Below, in pieces: positions 26,451-40,400 of a stretch of DNA of 64,000 nucleotides; position 1 is the first letter of the stretch, and each line of letters opens with the position of its first letter. Origin of the DNA: Lytechinus pictus (Eukaryota); contig NC_087261.1 in assembly GCF_037042905.1 (NCBI RefSeq), positions 5,084,001-5,148,000 on the forward strand, in the 5' to 3' direction. The translations under genes were made by a program, and so were the position numbers. The notes beneath the pieces were generated by a model, which had not been told where the DNA came from, did no database searches, and saw nothing but the letters and a program-made list of their open reading frames with translations.

Positions 26451-26876
26451 CGCATACATTCGTAATTCCGAAGTTTCGTTATTCCGAAGGTCTGTTATTC
26501 CGAAGGTTCGTATTTCCGAAGGTTCGTTAGTCCGAAAACGAAGTGAGGTTCGTAATTCCGAAGGTTCGTTAATCCGAAAACGAAATGAGGTTCGAAATTC
26601 CAAAGGTTCGTTAGTCCGAAAACGAAATGATTAACGAACCTTATTTCGTTTTCGGACTAACGAACCTTCGGAACAACGAACCTTATTTTGTTTTCGGATT
26701 AACGAACCTTCGGAACAACGAACCTTATTTCGTTTTCGGATTATCGAACCTTCGGAATAACGCCACAAATGTTCGGATTAACGAACCCTTTTACGTTTTC
26801 GGATTAACGAACATCGAGGTATAGGCAATTTACGTGTTTCGGAATTACGAACCTTCGGAATTACGAAGTGTAAACC
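26451..26876. mobile_element. Palindromic MITE built of TTCCGAAGGTTCGT subrepeats (Merlin-like), in HAD-A intron
   Basis: Short units invert orientation near 26630; flanked by duplicated (C)CTCAATTT (8-9 bp). Confidence 0.65.
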
Positions 26877-27031
26877 CTCAATTTACATGTAGCCATGTTC
26901 ATATTCTGGCAGCCTCGATTGTGGCCCTCTGCATTTTATCTTTAAAAGAATCCCAAAGTTATTTCAAGCATAAAACGATCTTATGATACAAAATTGTTAA
27001 AATTCACTGAAATTCATTGTTTTCTCATCAG

Positions 27032-27306
27032 AATGGAAGCTGCCACAGGACTTGCCATAAAAGATGAGATCTACAAGGATATGGGCTTTGATCCTCGCAC
27101 CCGTAAATTTGAATCAGGTCATGTCTTGGAGTCTACCAATGAGGTCTGCATTAGGTCACTGACTAGTCTTCTTGAAAAGAAAGGCTTTTCATCTGAAAAA
27201 GCTAGGGACGTGTCTGTGCATTGCTACGATAAGGATGGCAGTCCTGCTCTTATGGGAGAACTTTTACCTTTTGGTGATGTGCACAGTATATTCTCAAGAC
27301 TGAGAG
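27032..27306 (+). CDS. HAD hydrolase paralog A, coding exon 2 (cap domain)
   Basis: CATCAG|A ATG GAA GCT...; donor G|GTAATT; phases 2/1; homologous to 49098-49369. Confidence 0.85.
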
Positions 27307-28170
27307 GTAATTAAGATTTTTTTCTGAGTTGGTTGTTTCTTGGTTAGCAAAGCATAGGTCATTGGGGGATGAGAGATGGGGGGGGGGGAGGGGATGGGTA
27401 CTGCCATTGCAAGGTAGGCACTATGCTAGTTTCCAAAAGCCAAAAGATGTAAAAGGGATTGTTTTCGTGATCGTGCGATGAATGCACTTACAGTAAAAAG
27501 GGGAGCAAAAGTGCCAAAAAAAAAAAAAAAAAAACTTTTCAACAGGCTTGTGAAAATCGAATATTTGAGACATTGTTCAGACTGGAAAACATTTAAAAAT
27601 ACATGTTTAAGGCACTTTCATATCAAAGCAATATTCGTATTTAGAGTTCCAAATAATGGAAGTGCCCCCACCCCGGGGTCCATTTTACTTTAAGTAAACA
27701 GTGCCATACAGTACTGCATGTCTGCTCTCAAGTCTCAATTCCTGTTTCCCACTCCCTTTTGTCATATGATTTTAGAAAGTAACAGAACTGGAATGGGATT
27801 CTTTTTTAGATTAAATGTAACAGTTTTTTAAAAGAATGTGTTCTTAAAATAAAATACCTTCTCCTCTCATGCATTTAGAATGTCTTTTTATTGTTTGTGT
27901 TTATATTGATTTAATAATAAAGCTGATAATAGTAATCATGCCATGGTTACCCAGGGTAGTCACTTACGTTCTGAAAAGTGTTCTCCAAGCATCCCCTGCT
28001 TGACACGATAATGTTATTATTGTTATTCCTTCTAGAAATATACTTCCTGCCCCTAAACAATAGATCGCGAACTTGATAATTGATATGAATTTTATTTCAT
28101 CATTTTAAGAGCTGGCCATCATGGTAGCTATTTATTCATCATTCATCTATTTCTCACTTTTCTGTGGTAG

Positions 28171-28428
28171 ACAAGGGTTATTTGATTGCTGTGAACACAT
28201 CAGACAGTCGCATCATGACAGAAAATACCCTGGGACGACTAGGTGTGTCCGACCTGGTTGACATGGTTGTGTGTGGGAGTGATGAAGACGTCAAACCCAA
28301 ACCTGATGCTTATACCGCTCTGAAGATCTGTTCTAGACTAGGAGTACATCCTAAGAACTCTGTTTTTATTGGAGACACCATCACCGATGCTATGTGTGGA
28401 AAGAACGCGGAATGTGGCCTTGTTATAA
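28171..28428 (+). CDS. HAD hydrolase paralog A, coding exon 3
   Basis: Motifs II (VNTSD), III (KPKP) and IV (GDTITD); TAG|AC ... A|GTGAGT; phases 1/1. Confidence 0.9.
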
Positions 28429-28659
28429 GTGAGTAGAATCATGTGAACCCTCATTTTATTACTGTCGGTAGGGAGTTTGAGAGATGTAAGGCGGTATTAA
28501 AAATAAAGCTAAGTTTATATTCAAACTCTGCCACTAGTACCAGTAATTTTAAATGTCATACAATGTACTTGGAATCGCACACATTACTTTCAATAGAAAG
28601 TGTGTCATTACAAAATATATTCTGATCTTAATCTATCCCTAAATGGTTTTTACCCAGTC

Positions 28660-29160
28660 ACCAGAGCTCCATCTTACGAAGAGTTATGATTGATATGATC
28701 AGCCACAACTATGAAAAGCCAGCAACGTCAACTTCTAAAATGGATGTTTGTTCAAAATAGATGCGATGTTTAATCATGAAAATTTAGTGTGCTTCTCTTT
28801 GTTTACAAAGGACATCATGCAAATTTCCTGGAGAAAATATTATGACATTGCTGGATTACCATATAGTTTAAGATGATCAGGCTCCCGTCTTACAAAGAGT
28901 TGCAATTGATCTGATCGACCTCAACTACTGAAAGCCAGTAACGCCCACATCTAAAATGCATGTTAATTCAAAATGTTTTCTAGATACTAGTATGATGCAT
29001 ATATTCGTTAATTCATTATTTTCTTGACAATTTGGTGTTGTTCGCCTTTGTTTTTAAAGGACATCATGCAAATTTCCTGGAGAAAAAATTATGACATTGA
29101 TGGATTTCCATTTAGTTTAAGATGAACAGATCATTCATAACTGTTTGTAAGACAGGGCTT
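28660..29160. mobile_element. Two tandem degenerate copies of a Harbinger-like MITE
   Basis: Repeated AAAGGACATCATGCAAATTTCCTGGAGAAAA core at ~28807 and ~29056; ends GGCTCCCGTCTTACAAA / TTTGTAAGACAGGGC. Confidence 0.6.
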
Positions 29161-29868
29161 GGGGATGTAGTTGAGGCTATATTTTGTTGACCTTGGCCTC
29201 GGCCTCAGCCTGAGTCCTGTGTGCAATGTCTATGGAAGAAGGTTTTCTTCTGTGGCCTCATGACTCCAAACTACAGGCGTTGACTACATCCCTGCCAGTA
29301 ACTTACCGAGAGATAATCACCAATCCTTCCAGTAGATTGAAATGGTTGTGTTGAATTGCAAGAATAGTTTTGTTTGCACCATACCTGCAGAATTACTTGT
29401 CTGTGTTTTAATATGAGGTGGGGTCGTATATTTCTCTTGGATACTACTGACCATATTGAAGGATAAAAATGTCCTCTTATGAAAGGGGTCAAAAAACTGA
29501 GTGGGGGATAAGGGGTGGTAGGCTACCCAATTATGGTTCTGACTGTGATGTAGCACTGAACTACATGTAGTCCTTTATTTAGGTATTTTTAATGCCTCCT
29601 CCCACCTTAAGTAGTTGGCAGAATCATCATGCTTCTGAGTTGCCCTTCCATCCATCCGTCTGCCCAGAACAGAGCTCATGCATGAAGCCAACATGAATTA
29701 ATCTATTTTCATTTTAATCGCCTCTTTAGCACAATTGATGTGAACTGGGTTGTGTTTAGAGATGTACTGTAAATAATCCTTGAACTTAGCTTTGTATGTA
29801 CCACATGCATTTAAATGCTGAATATTCACTTCTGCATCTCTCTTTATTTTCATTGCCATCTCCATTAG

Positions 29869-29972
29869 GTGTTCTTACTGGAGGGATAGATAAATCAATT
29901 TTGGAGAAGAAAGCCGATGTTGTTGTTGACAGTATTGAAGAAGCAGCTGATTTCATTCTCAACCAGGATTAA
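29869..29972 (+). CDS. HAD hydrolase paralog A, coding exon 4 (stop)
   Basis: CATTAG|GT GTT CTT ACT GGA: (S)VLTGGIDKSILEKKADVVVDSIEEAADFILNQD*. Total CDS 762 nt = 253 aa. Confidence 0.85.
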
Positions 29973-32795
29973 CGTATCTTTGTATGGCTTCTATGAAGTC
30001 ATACAGATAAGTAAAATTATAGTGGTTTATAGGTTTGTGAATTTATCTATCAAATTCTGATAATGATGTGCCCATACAATTATATTCTTGATGTAAACTC
30101 GTCCATCATACATGCTTCCTATAGAGAATTTGGTATATCATCAATTTTCTATTGAATAACAGGCCTTTACGTTTGTTATTTTCAGGACAAGCTCACTTTT
30201 CTAAAGGGCACATTTTAATCCTACAGCACAAAAATATCCAACAATTGGTGGCTTTTTCATTTACATATTCCTTTCTCTTAAAAAAAAAAAGTTCATTGTT
30301 TCAAATAGCATGTAAAGTGAATCAAGTGCAATTATACTGTCCTTTACAGAACAATGATGTCAGTAATCAATGATCCTAGAAACGTAAGTATCATTCAACT
30401 GCATTTTCATTTTCACTAAATTAATATTTTGCCCTTGAAAAAATATGAAAAGTTGAAGTCATGTGACACACAATGTATTGTATATGGCAGCCAAGGGAGA
30501 GAGAGAGGGGGGGGGGGGGTTGGGGTTGGAAATTTGGAATAAGACAGTTGAAACAGCCAGAGTATTAGAAAATCACTGTTAAAAGCATTATAGAAGGCAA
30601 TTTGTAATAAATAAAATTATATTTATGAAATGAGCTTGAAGAAAATTTAGTTAACACACATCGTCAACTCAGTGTGGATGGTTATTCAGAATATTTTCAT
30701 TCATGAATGTTGTCACTAGTTTGAAATTGCCATTAGTATTCAATAAATTTGCTACCTTTTATCATTGTAATTGTAGAATATATGCAGGGATGTCCATTTT
30801 GTGTAGTGAAGATGTATGTTTTAATGTGATTTACAGTAAATATCACAAGAAGAATTTCTCATTCAGGTAGGTACATTGATAAATTTTCACCTGATCTACA
30901 CCTGCTTTGTTTATTTTGTGATCGTTCTCATTCCACATGTAGAAAATTGCTTACCAGGGGTGGGCTCAGGTTAAAAAAAAAAAAGAGAGAGACAGAAAAG
31001 AGATGTAAACATGTCAAACCAACCTTTGGCCACCTATTAGCAAACCTACCTAAGACCACCCCCAGAGGTAGTCTTGTGCTGGACTTGGGCCGGACCCTGG
31101 ACCACATATCCATAGATGTGAACGCAAACCTGAACCCATCTTGGTCCACTAACTCCACTTGCATTAGTTTGCAGCACAGACCTCACTTTGTCAATAGTGG
31201 TGTGAATGTTAGTCCAAAAGAGAAGAATTAGGATTATGAAGTGCAGTCTGCTAAAATATCAAAGTCCAAAATATTGACACAGATCATCTGCACTTTTTCC
31301 AGACCACTTTCAAATAGTACAGTTGAAAATTTATTCAAATGATGTAAATTAGAGTCTGCCCATTTAGACTAACTGAAAGTGGTCAGGAATTTGAAACATA
31401 CTGCCCAACTTTCTGTGGCCAATGGGGGAAACTTTCTGTGACCAATATGGAAGAAGTGCATGCTGCAATGTAAACAGATTCGTTTCGAGACAATGTCCGT
31501 TGGTAAAGCTAATCCACTTAAAATATTCAAGTTTGTAATTGGTCTCAGGCTGGCCCTGGTTAAGCAATAACAGGGGTCTTATATGGCCTTGTCCTTGGCC
31601 ATTGAAATCTAGCCACTGACCCTGGCCTCGAATCCAAGTGCTGACAGTCCTTGGCCTTGCTTACAATTGGTTTTCGATGAATCATATGGAATAAAGTCTG
31701 GCATGATTCCAAGTGATGTATGTGTATTTTGAAAAAATGAAATTTATGATATGATCAGAGCCCCATAATTTAAAAGAGATTAGTAGTTAATATGAAAGAA
31801 CAATTCTGATTGGTTCCTAGTCAGTGTACTGAGCAAAGTGCGCAAGCAACGATGATCTTGATAGGCCATTTTATCTTGATTAATCGCTAACTTTTGTGTT
31901 ACGGGGCCAGTCAAACTTGACTTTTTAGTGGCCACCAACATTGTCTCCCATTTGAAAGGAATGCATGCTTCAGAGAATCTGTCTATGAAAGCAACCTGTC
32001 TCCAATGGCTGCATAAAAAAATTCTGTGTATTTTGGGTGGTCTTAATAGACAGTTTTGACTGTATTGGAATGTTTTATGTTTTTTTTAATGATTTATATG
32101 GAATTTCACTGTACATTTATGATTTCTGATATGATCAGGCTACATGTATATATTATATTACTCAAATCTTATGTGAATGTTGCCTCATGTAATGACAGTA
32201 CTTTCTCTTTATGTACACCAAGTGCTATGCCACCAAGTGCCGTAACTAATTATTAAAGAAAATGGTAAATTTTAACAATATTATTTTGCTTCAGTTTTCA
32301 GATTATATGGATTATATTGTGTGTGTGTGTGTGACTTCTGATTTATTCAAGTGAATATCATAAATACAGATCTAAATATTCAACTCTCAAGGCCCAGAAG
32401 AACAGAAGAAAACATTTATGGTTATTAGCAGCGGCGGATCCTGGATTCCGTAGGTTAACTGGGGGAGGGGGCGAATTTGAAATCAACAGATTGTTGGTAG
32501 CGCATATGCCTGCTTGGTATAAATGCATCAGGAAAGTTGGACCACTACCAACTACACATACAGGGGGGGCTGGAAAATTTTTCATTTGCATTTTTCCTAG
32601 CCTCAAGACAAGGCTCTGTGTCTGTTGATCACTCGTATCTTGTTTATATCACACTATAATGACTGAAAAAAAAATTCAAGTTTTATTTGGACACTGCCAG
32701 ATAGGTTATTATTCTACAGGCACAGACCCATGATTTTTGCAATTTTGCAATAGTCCATAATACAGAGTATGAAGTAGTGAGACTAGATCTGCTAT

Positions 32796-33298
32796 TATGC
32801 TTTTCACACAATAAGCCGGCTAATACCCTTTTTACACACGCTAAAATTTCCTTAACCCTGTACTAAAGGTGGGGTTAGCCCACTTTGCAAAAATGCTGGG
32901 TAAAAAGAAAGTGGGCTAAGCTTAACCCCGTACTATAGGTGGGGCTAAATGGCAATTTAGCCCCACCTATAGTACGGGGTTAAGGAAATTTTAGCGTGTG
33001 TAAAAAGGGTATTAGCCGGCTTATTGTGGTGCTAGCACCTAAATTGCGGTGCTAAGAGATGCAGTGTGAAACGAAACTGGGCTAAGGATAAGTGGGGCTA
33101 AGCAATAGCCAATCACAGAAGTCGAAATGACATGTTAATCACGCTCTGTATGGTAAAATAATCAATATCCATGAGCTGTGGGATAGTCCGGGGTTAAGGC
33201 GTTAACCCCGGCTAAGCAGATAGTATGGGGTTAAGAAAGACAGTGTGAATCCAAAAAAAGATAGTCCGGGGTTAAGGAAATGCAATGTGAAAAGCATA
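32796..33298. mobile_element. PIF/Harbinger-like MITE with internal inverted duplication
   Basis: TATGCTTTTCACA ... TGTGAAAAGCATA; internal ~55-bp arms starting near 32808 and ending near 33026. Confidence 0.65.
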
Positions 33299-33715
33299 TA
33301 TGTGTAGCTGGCTCTACCAAGGACAGAGTCTTTGGAGTCTAGTCTTTATTCTAGTCCTGTTATTGGTTGAAGTGTCAAATATGAGTTTGTGCTTACACTG
33401 CTTGCAGACTAATATATTATTTTGCCAATGACTTATAAAAAGTTGCACGTCAACATGGCGAGATCCCAGAGATATTTATTATTTTGCCATAACATACATA
33501 TTTTTATAAGTCAACTTGCAAGTTGACTTATAAAAATATGTATGTTATTATCGCCATGTATGTTTAATATGATAGCGGTGTATATTATAAGCATAGAGCT
33601 ATAGCTCTATGTTATAAGGAAACTTTAAAGTGCGATCTATAATGGTTGAATGGCAAAATAATAATTATCTTTCCACAACAAATTTTGTTGTCACGTTGCA
33701 TTTAGCTTTCGTCCG

Positions 33716-35703
33716 GGGCCTGTTGCATGAAATGGTCTTTGGTAGGACCACTCTGCGTAAGAACGAGATATCGCTCAACTGTTTCACAAAGCCGGTTTGG
33801 GCGATACGAAGAATGGTCCTTGGAAAGACACCTCAAGACATGTCCTACGTAGGCATGATCTTCTTTGCACACCGCCCGCCACCGTCGGCATTGAGAGAAA
33901 ATGCGTTTACGGCAAGCCACACTGACATATCACCTTTAAACATTTTTTGGGGTTGCACACTGATGCATTTTATCTGGGATGGCGCCAAGTTATTTTTTAT
34001 ATGGGGGATAGTTGTCATCAATTTCAGGTCGTCTTTTTGCACGGCAAAACGACCAAAAACAGATGTCATTTTAACTTCTCCGGGCATTATGTCCAGGGTA
34101 ATGTAGGCCCAAATATTTTTTTTAATATGTTTTCTTTTATTCTCCGTCCTATCCCCACACCATTTCCATTAATTTTTTTTTGAAATATTGAAATGGGCGA
34201 CACTATCTCTCTGACCCCTCATGCTTTCTCATTATAGATAATTAAACAACATGAAAACAAATATCTTTTAAAAGAAATTATGTAGGGTAAAAAAACTTGT
34301 TTATAACGTTCAGCAAAAAAAACAAACACGATACAAAACTAAAATGTTAAACATGGTAAATCATTCATTTATTTTTATTTCATTTTTATTATAATTTTTT
34401 TTTTGCTGAGATTAATTTTAATCAATGAAAATTAATTGTCGGATTTGGGCTTGAGATGTGAAACAGTGAAACAAAACAAAAAATCTGCAGTAACAAAATA
34501 GCTAATTGAATTTAAGATACAGATTAGGCCTATATAGCTTACGAATCCATTACAATTATTACAAATGAAGATAAGCTAGTTCATTAAAGAAAAGATTATG
34601 GAAAGTCCATATACGAAGAGGCGCATTTTAAATCGTAGGGTAGACCCCTTTCGGCCCCTATGTAATGTTAAGGCAATAATGTAGTCTCTATATACTCCTC
34701 AACTTTGAAATGTTGAACATATATATTTCTCATATTCTTAAACCTTATATTCTTATATAAGCTTCCATAAATTAAGTGATCAACTTTAAAGATGACCAAC
34801 GTTTATATGATCATTGTAATATTTAGCATTATTTCTGTAAATAGTATTTTTTCCATTGCGGATATTGCACACCTTTTTCTATGTTTTAATTGTAATTGCA
34901 AAGCTCTACTTTATCCACTTGGACATGTTTGCAGCAATTTTCATATTTTCCTTGTCTTCGGTTACTCATCGTGCAACTGAGGTATGTTTATACTCTAAAC
35001 ACTCACATTTGTATTTCTTGCGTTATATCTGACAAATAAAATAAATAAATTAGATTTTTCACAGGCAGCCTCTCATATTTTCCATTTTAGTCTCATACAA
35101 TCAGACACTGTTGATTTTGTTTACTCCATTAAACCCTATTTTTACCTCAACAGATAACATATTAACGCATAATTTGCAAAATCATCATTATATATATATT
35201 CTATAAAAAATCAGTGTATTGAACTAATAAAATGTAGAAATTACTTAGTTGAATCAATTTTTATGTCGGACAAGGGTCTCTTTCGTTGAAATATCAATGA
35301 AAGGTGTCTCTAAAAGGACACCGTGTTCTAAATAAGGGAAATAATGAAAATTTCGATTTTATCCAGTTATGTTTGTGAATCTTGAAAGTTTTTTCTCTTT
35401 TTACCTCATAAAGTACGCTCCATACATCAATTCTACAATCAGTAATAAATAAAACATTATTTGATCCCCTTTTATTGAAATATATGATTTTATGAAAAGT
35501 TGTCATTCCGAAATAAAAGGTTCAGGTGACGATGAAGACTAAATATTTTTCCGATACTATCGATATCAAACGATGTCGCGGACTTGAAAGACAAAATTGC
35601 CTTCGTGAAACGGAAAGCGCTGATTTGTCGCCAATCTTCCTATCTCGGAAGAATGGTCCTAGGACGTTCCTACGTATCGCTCATCTCGTCATGCAACAGG
35701 CCC
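33716..35703. mobile_element. ~2-kb non-autonomous Harbinger-like element
   Basis: TIR GGGCCTGTTGCATGA / TCATGCAACAGGCCC with 3-bp CCG/CTG flanks; no credible ORF. Confidence 0.7.
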
Positions 35704-36239
35704 CTGGTCTCTGCAAAGTTCTTCTGACTTAATAGTAGTGTGCCGACTCGTCTTGCCGTAGATGGGGTAGATCGAGTATCGGCAGTGCAGTCCTCGTTTC
35801 AGTTCCTGGTTTGAGAAAAATCCATCAATGATTAAAAAAAACATGGTTATTCCGCATGTTCAGGGAGGAAGAAAAATACTTTGTTTCACATGACAAGGAG
35901 GATAGAGAAAATAAGAATATTTCATGATTATTTTCAACAACAAAAAAAGAAATATTGAATGGGTGACGCCATCATCGCTCAGTCCCGTCGTTTGCATACC
36001 ATTACCAACCATTGCTAGTATGTGAAATAACTATTTTGTATAGGGTTGGCATGTTTTAAACGGTGTACGTGTTTTAAAACGCGTTTTAAAACACCCGGTT
36101 AAAAAGTGTTTTAAACCCGGAGGGGACACTTCCATTGACGAGTACCATGCGCGACCATGGGGTCTTGAAAAGCCCCCTAAATACGTATTTTCCATATTCT
36201 GAAAATGCACCCCTTATCAAGTATTGGAAACAAATACTA

Positions 36240-37075
36240 CACTGTAAAAAAAAATTAGTAGAAATTACTAAATAAAATTGTGGCAAAAAATTGCCTTAAT
36301 TTTTTAAAGTATTTATGACTTTGGCAGTTTTAAGTAAAATTTACTTATTTTCTTTGCTTCCATTTAACTCAAGAAAATTAAGTTACAATTTAGAACTTAA
36401 TTCAATTAAGTAAAACAATCACTAAAATATTTGAAAATATCAAATGGGGGAGTGGATTTTCGTGATTCGAAAGTCCGCTCCCCCATCGTCCCACTTTTGG
36501 TGGCATCATTTTCATTTTAGACATGTTTTATCCAAATATTAGACTTTGTGAATTGTCACTTACCTGTACATGTATAGGTACTGACATTGATATTTATACG
36601 CTATCGTTTCATTCTTACAAATAAAACAGTGAGAATAATTTTCTGCTAAATGACTATTTAATGTTGCCTTTTCTTTGATTCAACAAAAGAATAAAATAGT
36701 TAGCACACCCTTATCCAAAACAATTTCAAACACAAATAGATATGACAGTTATTTAAAAAAAACCCATTTACTTGCTCTAATGAATATTCATGCATTATTT
36801 AAATATGGCGTTAATTGAAAAATATAAGTACATTCAACATGATTTTATAAGTAATAATCATCTTTGCCTAATTGAGTTAGATTTACTCAATCAAAGCAAG
36901 CTATCAATACGTGAATTTTCTTAAATGTACATTAAACCCAAATAAATCAAGTAAATCAAGTAAATTAAAATACAAGTTAAAACTACTTAAAAACAACGAA
37001 AAATAATTACAAATTGTAAATTCTACTTAAATACATTAAGTGTTAACTACTGATTCAATTTTTTTTTTTACAGTG
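36240..37075. mobile_element. EnSpm/CACTA-like non-autonomous element (TA TSD)
   Basis: TA|CACTGTAAAAAAAAAA ... TTTTTTTTTACAGTG|TA; the empty site CAAATACTATTGG is visible in the neighbouring tandem unit (37170-37182). Confidence 0.85.
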
Positions 37076-37438
37076 TATTGGCAAGTATTCCCAGAATTGA
37101 GCCCCTAAACAAGTACAGCGATGTATTTTCCATATTCTGAAAATGCACCCCTTATCAAGTATTGGAAACAAATACTATTGGCAAGTATTCCCAGAATTGA
37201 GCCCCTAAACAAGTACAGCGATGTATTTTCCATATTCTGAAAATGCACCCCTTACACAAGTATTGGAAACAAAACGATACTCTTGGCAAGTATTCCCTGA
37301 AATGAACCCCTAAACAAGTACATCGATATTTTATTGTTATGTCACGGGTCCGTCGGTTTTACCTTTACACACCATTTGGTTTAGTACGGCCCCACCGTCC
37401 ACACCTCGCGCAAATCGGACTCTAAACACGTAGTGTTG

Positions 37439-40400
37439 TATGAGGCGCCGAATGTACCAATATTATATAGAACAATTATTTGTTATATAATCATTATTTA
37501 TTAAATAATAACTATTATTTATATATAATTTACATTTTATTTGTAAATAACTACTATTATATAAAATATCATTTCTAATTATTTATATATAATTCCAAGT
37601 AATACTTCATTATTTGTAAATAATAATAGTTCGACATTCCATTATTTATAAATAATGATTATTTGTTTTTCATTATTTATAAATAATGATTATTTGTTTT
37701 TCATTATTTATAAATAATGATTATTTGTTTTTCATTATTTACAAATAATGATTATTTGTTTTTCATTATTTATAAATAATGATTATTTGTTTTTCATTAT
37801 TTATAAATAATTTGTTGAGTTTTCCATTATTTATAAATAATGATTATTTGTTAAATAATGAAAACGTCTACTTCATTATTTATAAATAATTTTTTCGAGT
37901 GCACCATTATTCTCATTATTTATAAATAATCATTATTTAATGTTCGAGTTTTCCATTATTTATAAATAAAGATTATTTGTTAAATAATGAAATATCTACT
38001 TCATTATTTATAAATAATAATTTTGTTTCAATATCCATTATTTATAAATAATCATTATTTATAAACAATTTTTACAGTTTGCCATTATATACAAATAATC
38101 ATTATTTATATACAAATAACCATTATTTATTAAATAATGCCATTATTTATTAAATAATGCCATTATTTATTAAATAATGGAAAATTCGCTATAACATGCA
38201 AATGTGGGACCGCCCATGATATGAATATTCATGATGCGATTTCCTTTTTCGTGATTTTTCTTCACAAATTTTTGTCCATTTCCTCTTCATAATGACATTT
38301 CTTGAAGCAATTTTCTAGGGATATGGTCTGATTGTAATATTCTTCATTTTCTATATAACCTTGTCTTCGTAGAAATATCAAAAAGTGTAATTTTATACGA
38401 TTTTTCCTACAGTTCACAATCCCCATAGGCGCGCGTGTATCGTAGGGACAACCGGTGAATCGACGGAGTGCTCTTCATCGAAATACTACGTTGGTTGGTC
38501 CCCGGAAGTGGCGGGCGGAATTTAGCCCGAATCCTCGATGGAAGTCGATCAAGTGCATATGAGCTGAGAGAGTGAAATATCAGTGTACTTGTACAGGCCC
38601 TTCTACTTTTTATAAATATTTATTGTTGCTTTTTTTGTTAAGTTAATTTTTCCTGGTGTAGAGATAAGTTTCAGTTCTAATAATGCACTTCAAATACATT
38701 TTGGAGTGTCTGTTTGAGGCGTTTGGGGCGATTTCACCCTGGCCCCAAAATGCTCGCAACGACAATACGGGGCCATGGTGACCCCTAAATTTTTAAAAAC
38801 TTATTTTTCTTTTGAAAATTATCACAAAATTCACCAAAAGTGTGCACGAAAGCCTTCGTATTTCACTTTTAAAACTCCAAAAAGTGCCCAAATGACAAGC
38901 TTGGTCGCTTCGCTGTGTCGCTTTCAACTTGAGAACGTTTACGCGTCTGCTTCCCCCCCCCCCCTCCTCCGAAAGAAATTCTGTATACGGCCATGCTCTA
39001 AAGAGCCTGGCACATTGATTTATGTATACTTCATTTTCATTATTTTTATCTCATTATCAACATGACCTTACGCATAATTTTTTTCCAGGGGGGCCGGGGC
39101 CGGAGCATGACGCGCGTAAACTTTCTCAAAAAAATCTTGAAAGCGAGACAGCCACGGGACCAAGCCCTTGGTCGCTTCGCTGTCTCGCTTTCAACTTGAG
39201 AACGTTTACGCGCGTCTGGCCCCCACCCCCCGAAAGAAATTCTGTGAACGGCCATGCTCCAAAGAGCATATGGCACATTGATTTATATGTACTTTTCATT
39301 TTCATTATTTTTATCACATTATCATCATGGCCTTACACAGAATTTTTACCGGGGGGGGGGGGGAGCAGCTAGGACGCGCGTAAAGTTTCTCAAAAAAATC
39401 TTGAAAGCGAGACAGCGAGGCGACCAAGCTCAAATGACAAGCTTGGTCGCTTCGCTTTTTTAAGATTTTTATGAGAAAGTTTACGCGCGTCCTCCTCCCC
39501 CCACCCCCCCCCCCGGAAAAAATTCTGCGTAAGGCCATGATGATAATGAGATAAAAATAATGAAAATGAAGTATACATAAATCAATGTGCCAGGCTCTTT
39601 AGAGCATGGCCGTATACAGAATTTCTTTCAGAGGAGGGGGGTGGGGGGGAAGCAGCTACGCGTAAACGTTCTCAAGTTGAAAGCGACACAGCGAAGCGAC
39701 CAAGCTTGTCATTTGGGCACTTTTTGGAGTTTTAAAAGTGAAATACGAAGGCTTTCGTGCACACTTTTGGTGAATTTTGTGATAATTTTCAATAGAAAAA
39801 TAAGTTTTTAAAAATTTAGGGGTCACCATGGCCCCGTATTGTCGTTGCGAGCATTTTGGGGCCAGGGTGAAATCGCCCCAAACGCCTCAAACAGACACTC
39901 CAAAATGTATTTGAAGTGCATTATTAGAACTGAAACTTATCTCTACACCAGGAAAAATTAACTTAACAAAAAAAGCAACAATAAATATTTATAAAAAGTA
40001 GAAGGGCCTGTACAAGTACACTGATATTTCACTCTCTCAGCTCATATGCACTTGATCGACTTCCATCGAGGATTCGGGCTAAATTCCGCCCGCCACTTCC
40101 GGGGACCAACCAGCGTAGTATTTCGATGAAGAGCACTCCGTCGATTCACCGGTTGTCCCTACGATACACGCGCGCCTATGGGGATTGTGAACTGTAGGAA
40201 AAATCGTATAAAATTACACTTTTTGATATTTCTACGAAGACAAGGTTATATAGAAAATGAAGAATATTACAATCAGACCATATCCCTAGAAAATTGCTTC
40301 AAGAAATGTCATTATGAAGAGGAAATGGACAAAAATTTGTGAAGAAAAATCACGAAAAAGGAAATCGCATCATGAATATTCATATCATGGGCGGTCCCAC

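Noticed and set aside
26451-26876. CRISPR-like array of short repeats
   Set aside because: Eukaryotic intron, no unique spacers, repeats invert at the centre and the block has a TSD; it is a MITE.
33630-34106. 158-aa ORF as a Harbinger transposase or accessory gene
   Set aside because: Non-ATG start, begins outside the TIR and has no DDE or Myb/SANT features.
37640-37860. CRISPR or satellite array (31-bp units)
   Set aside because: Spacerless tandem units mirrored at 40700-40925; part of the foldback arms.
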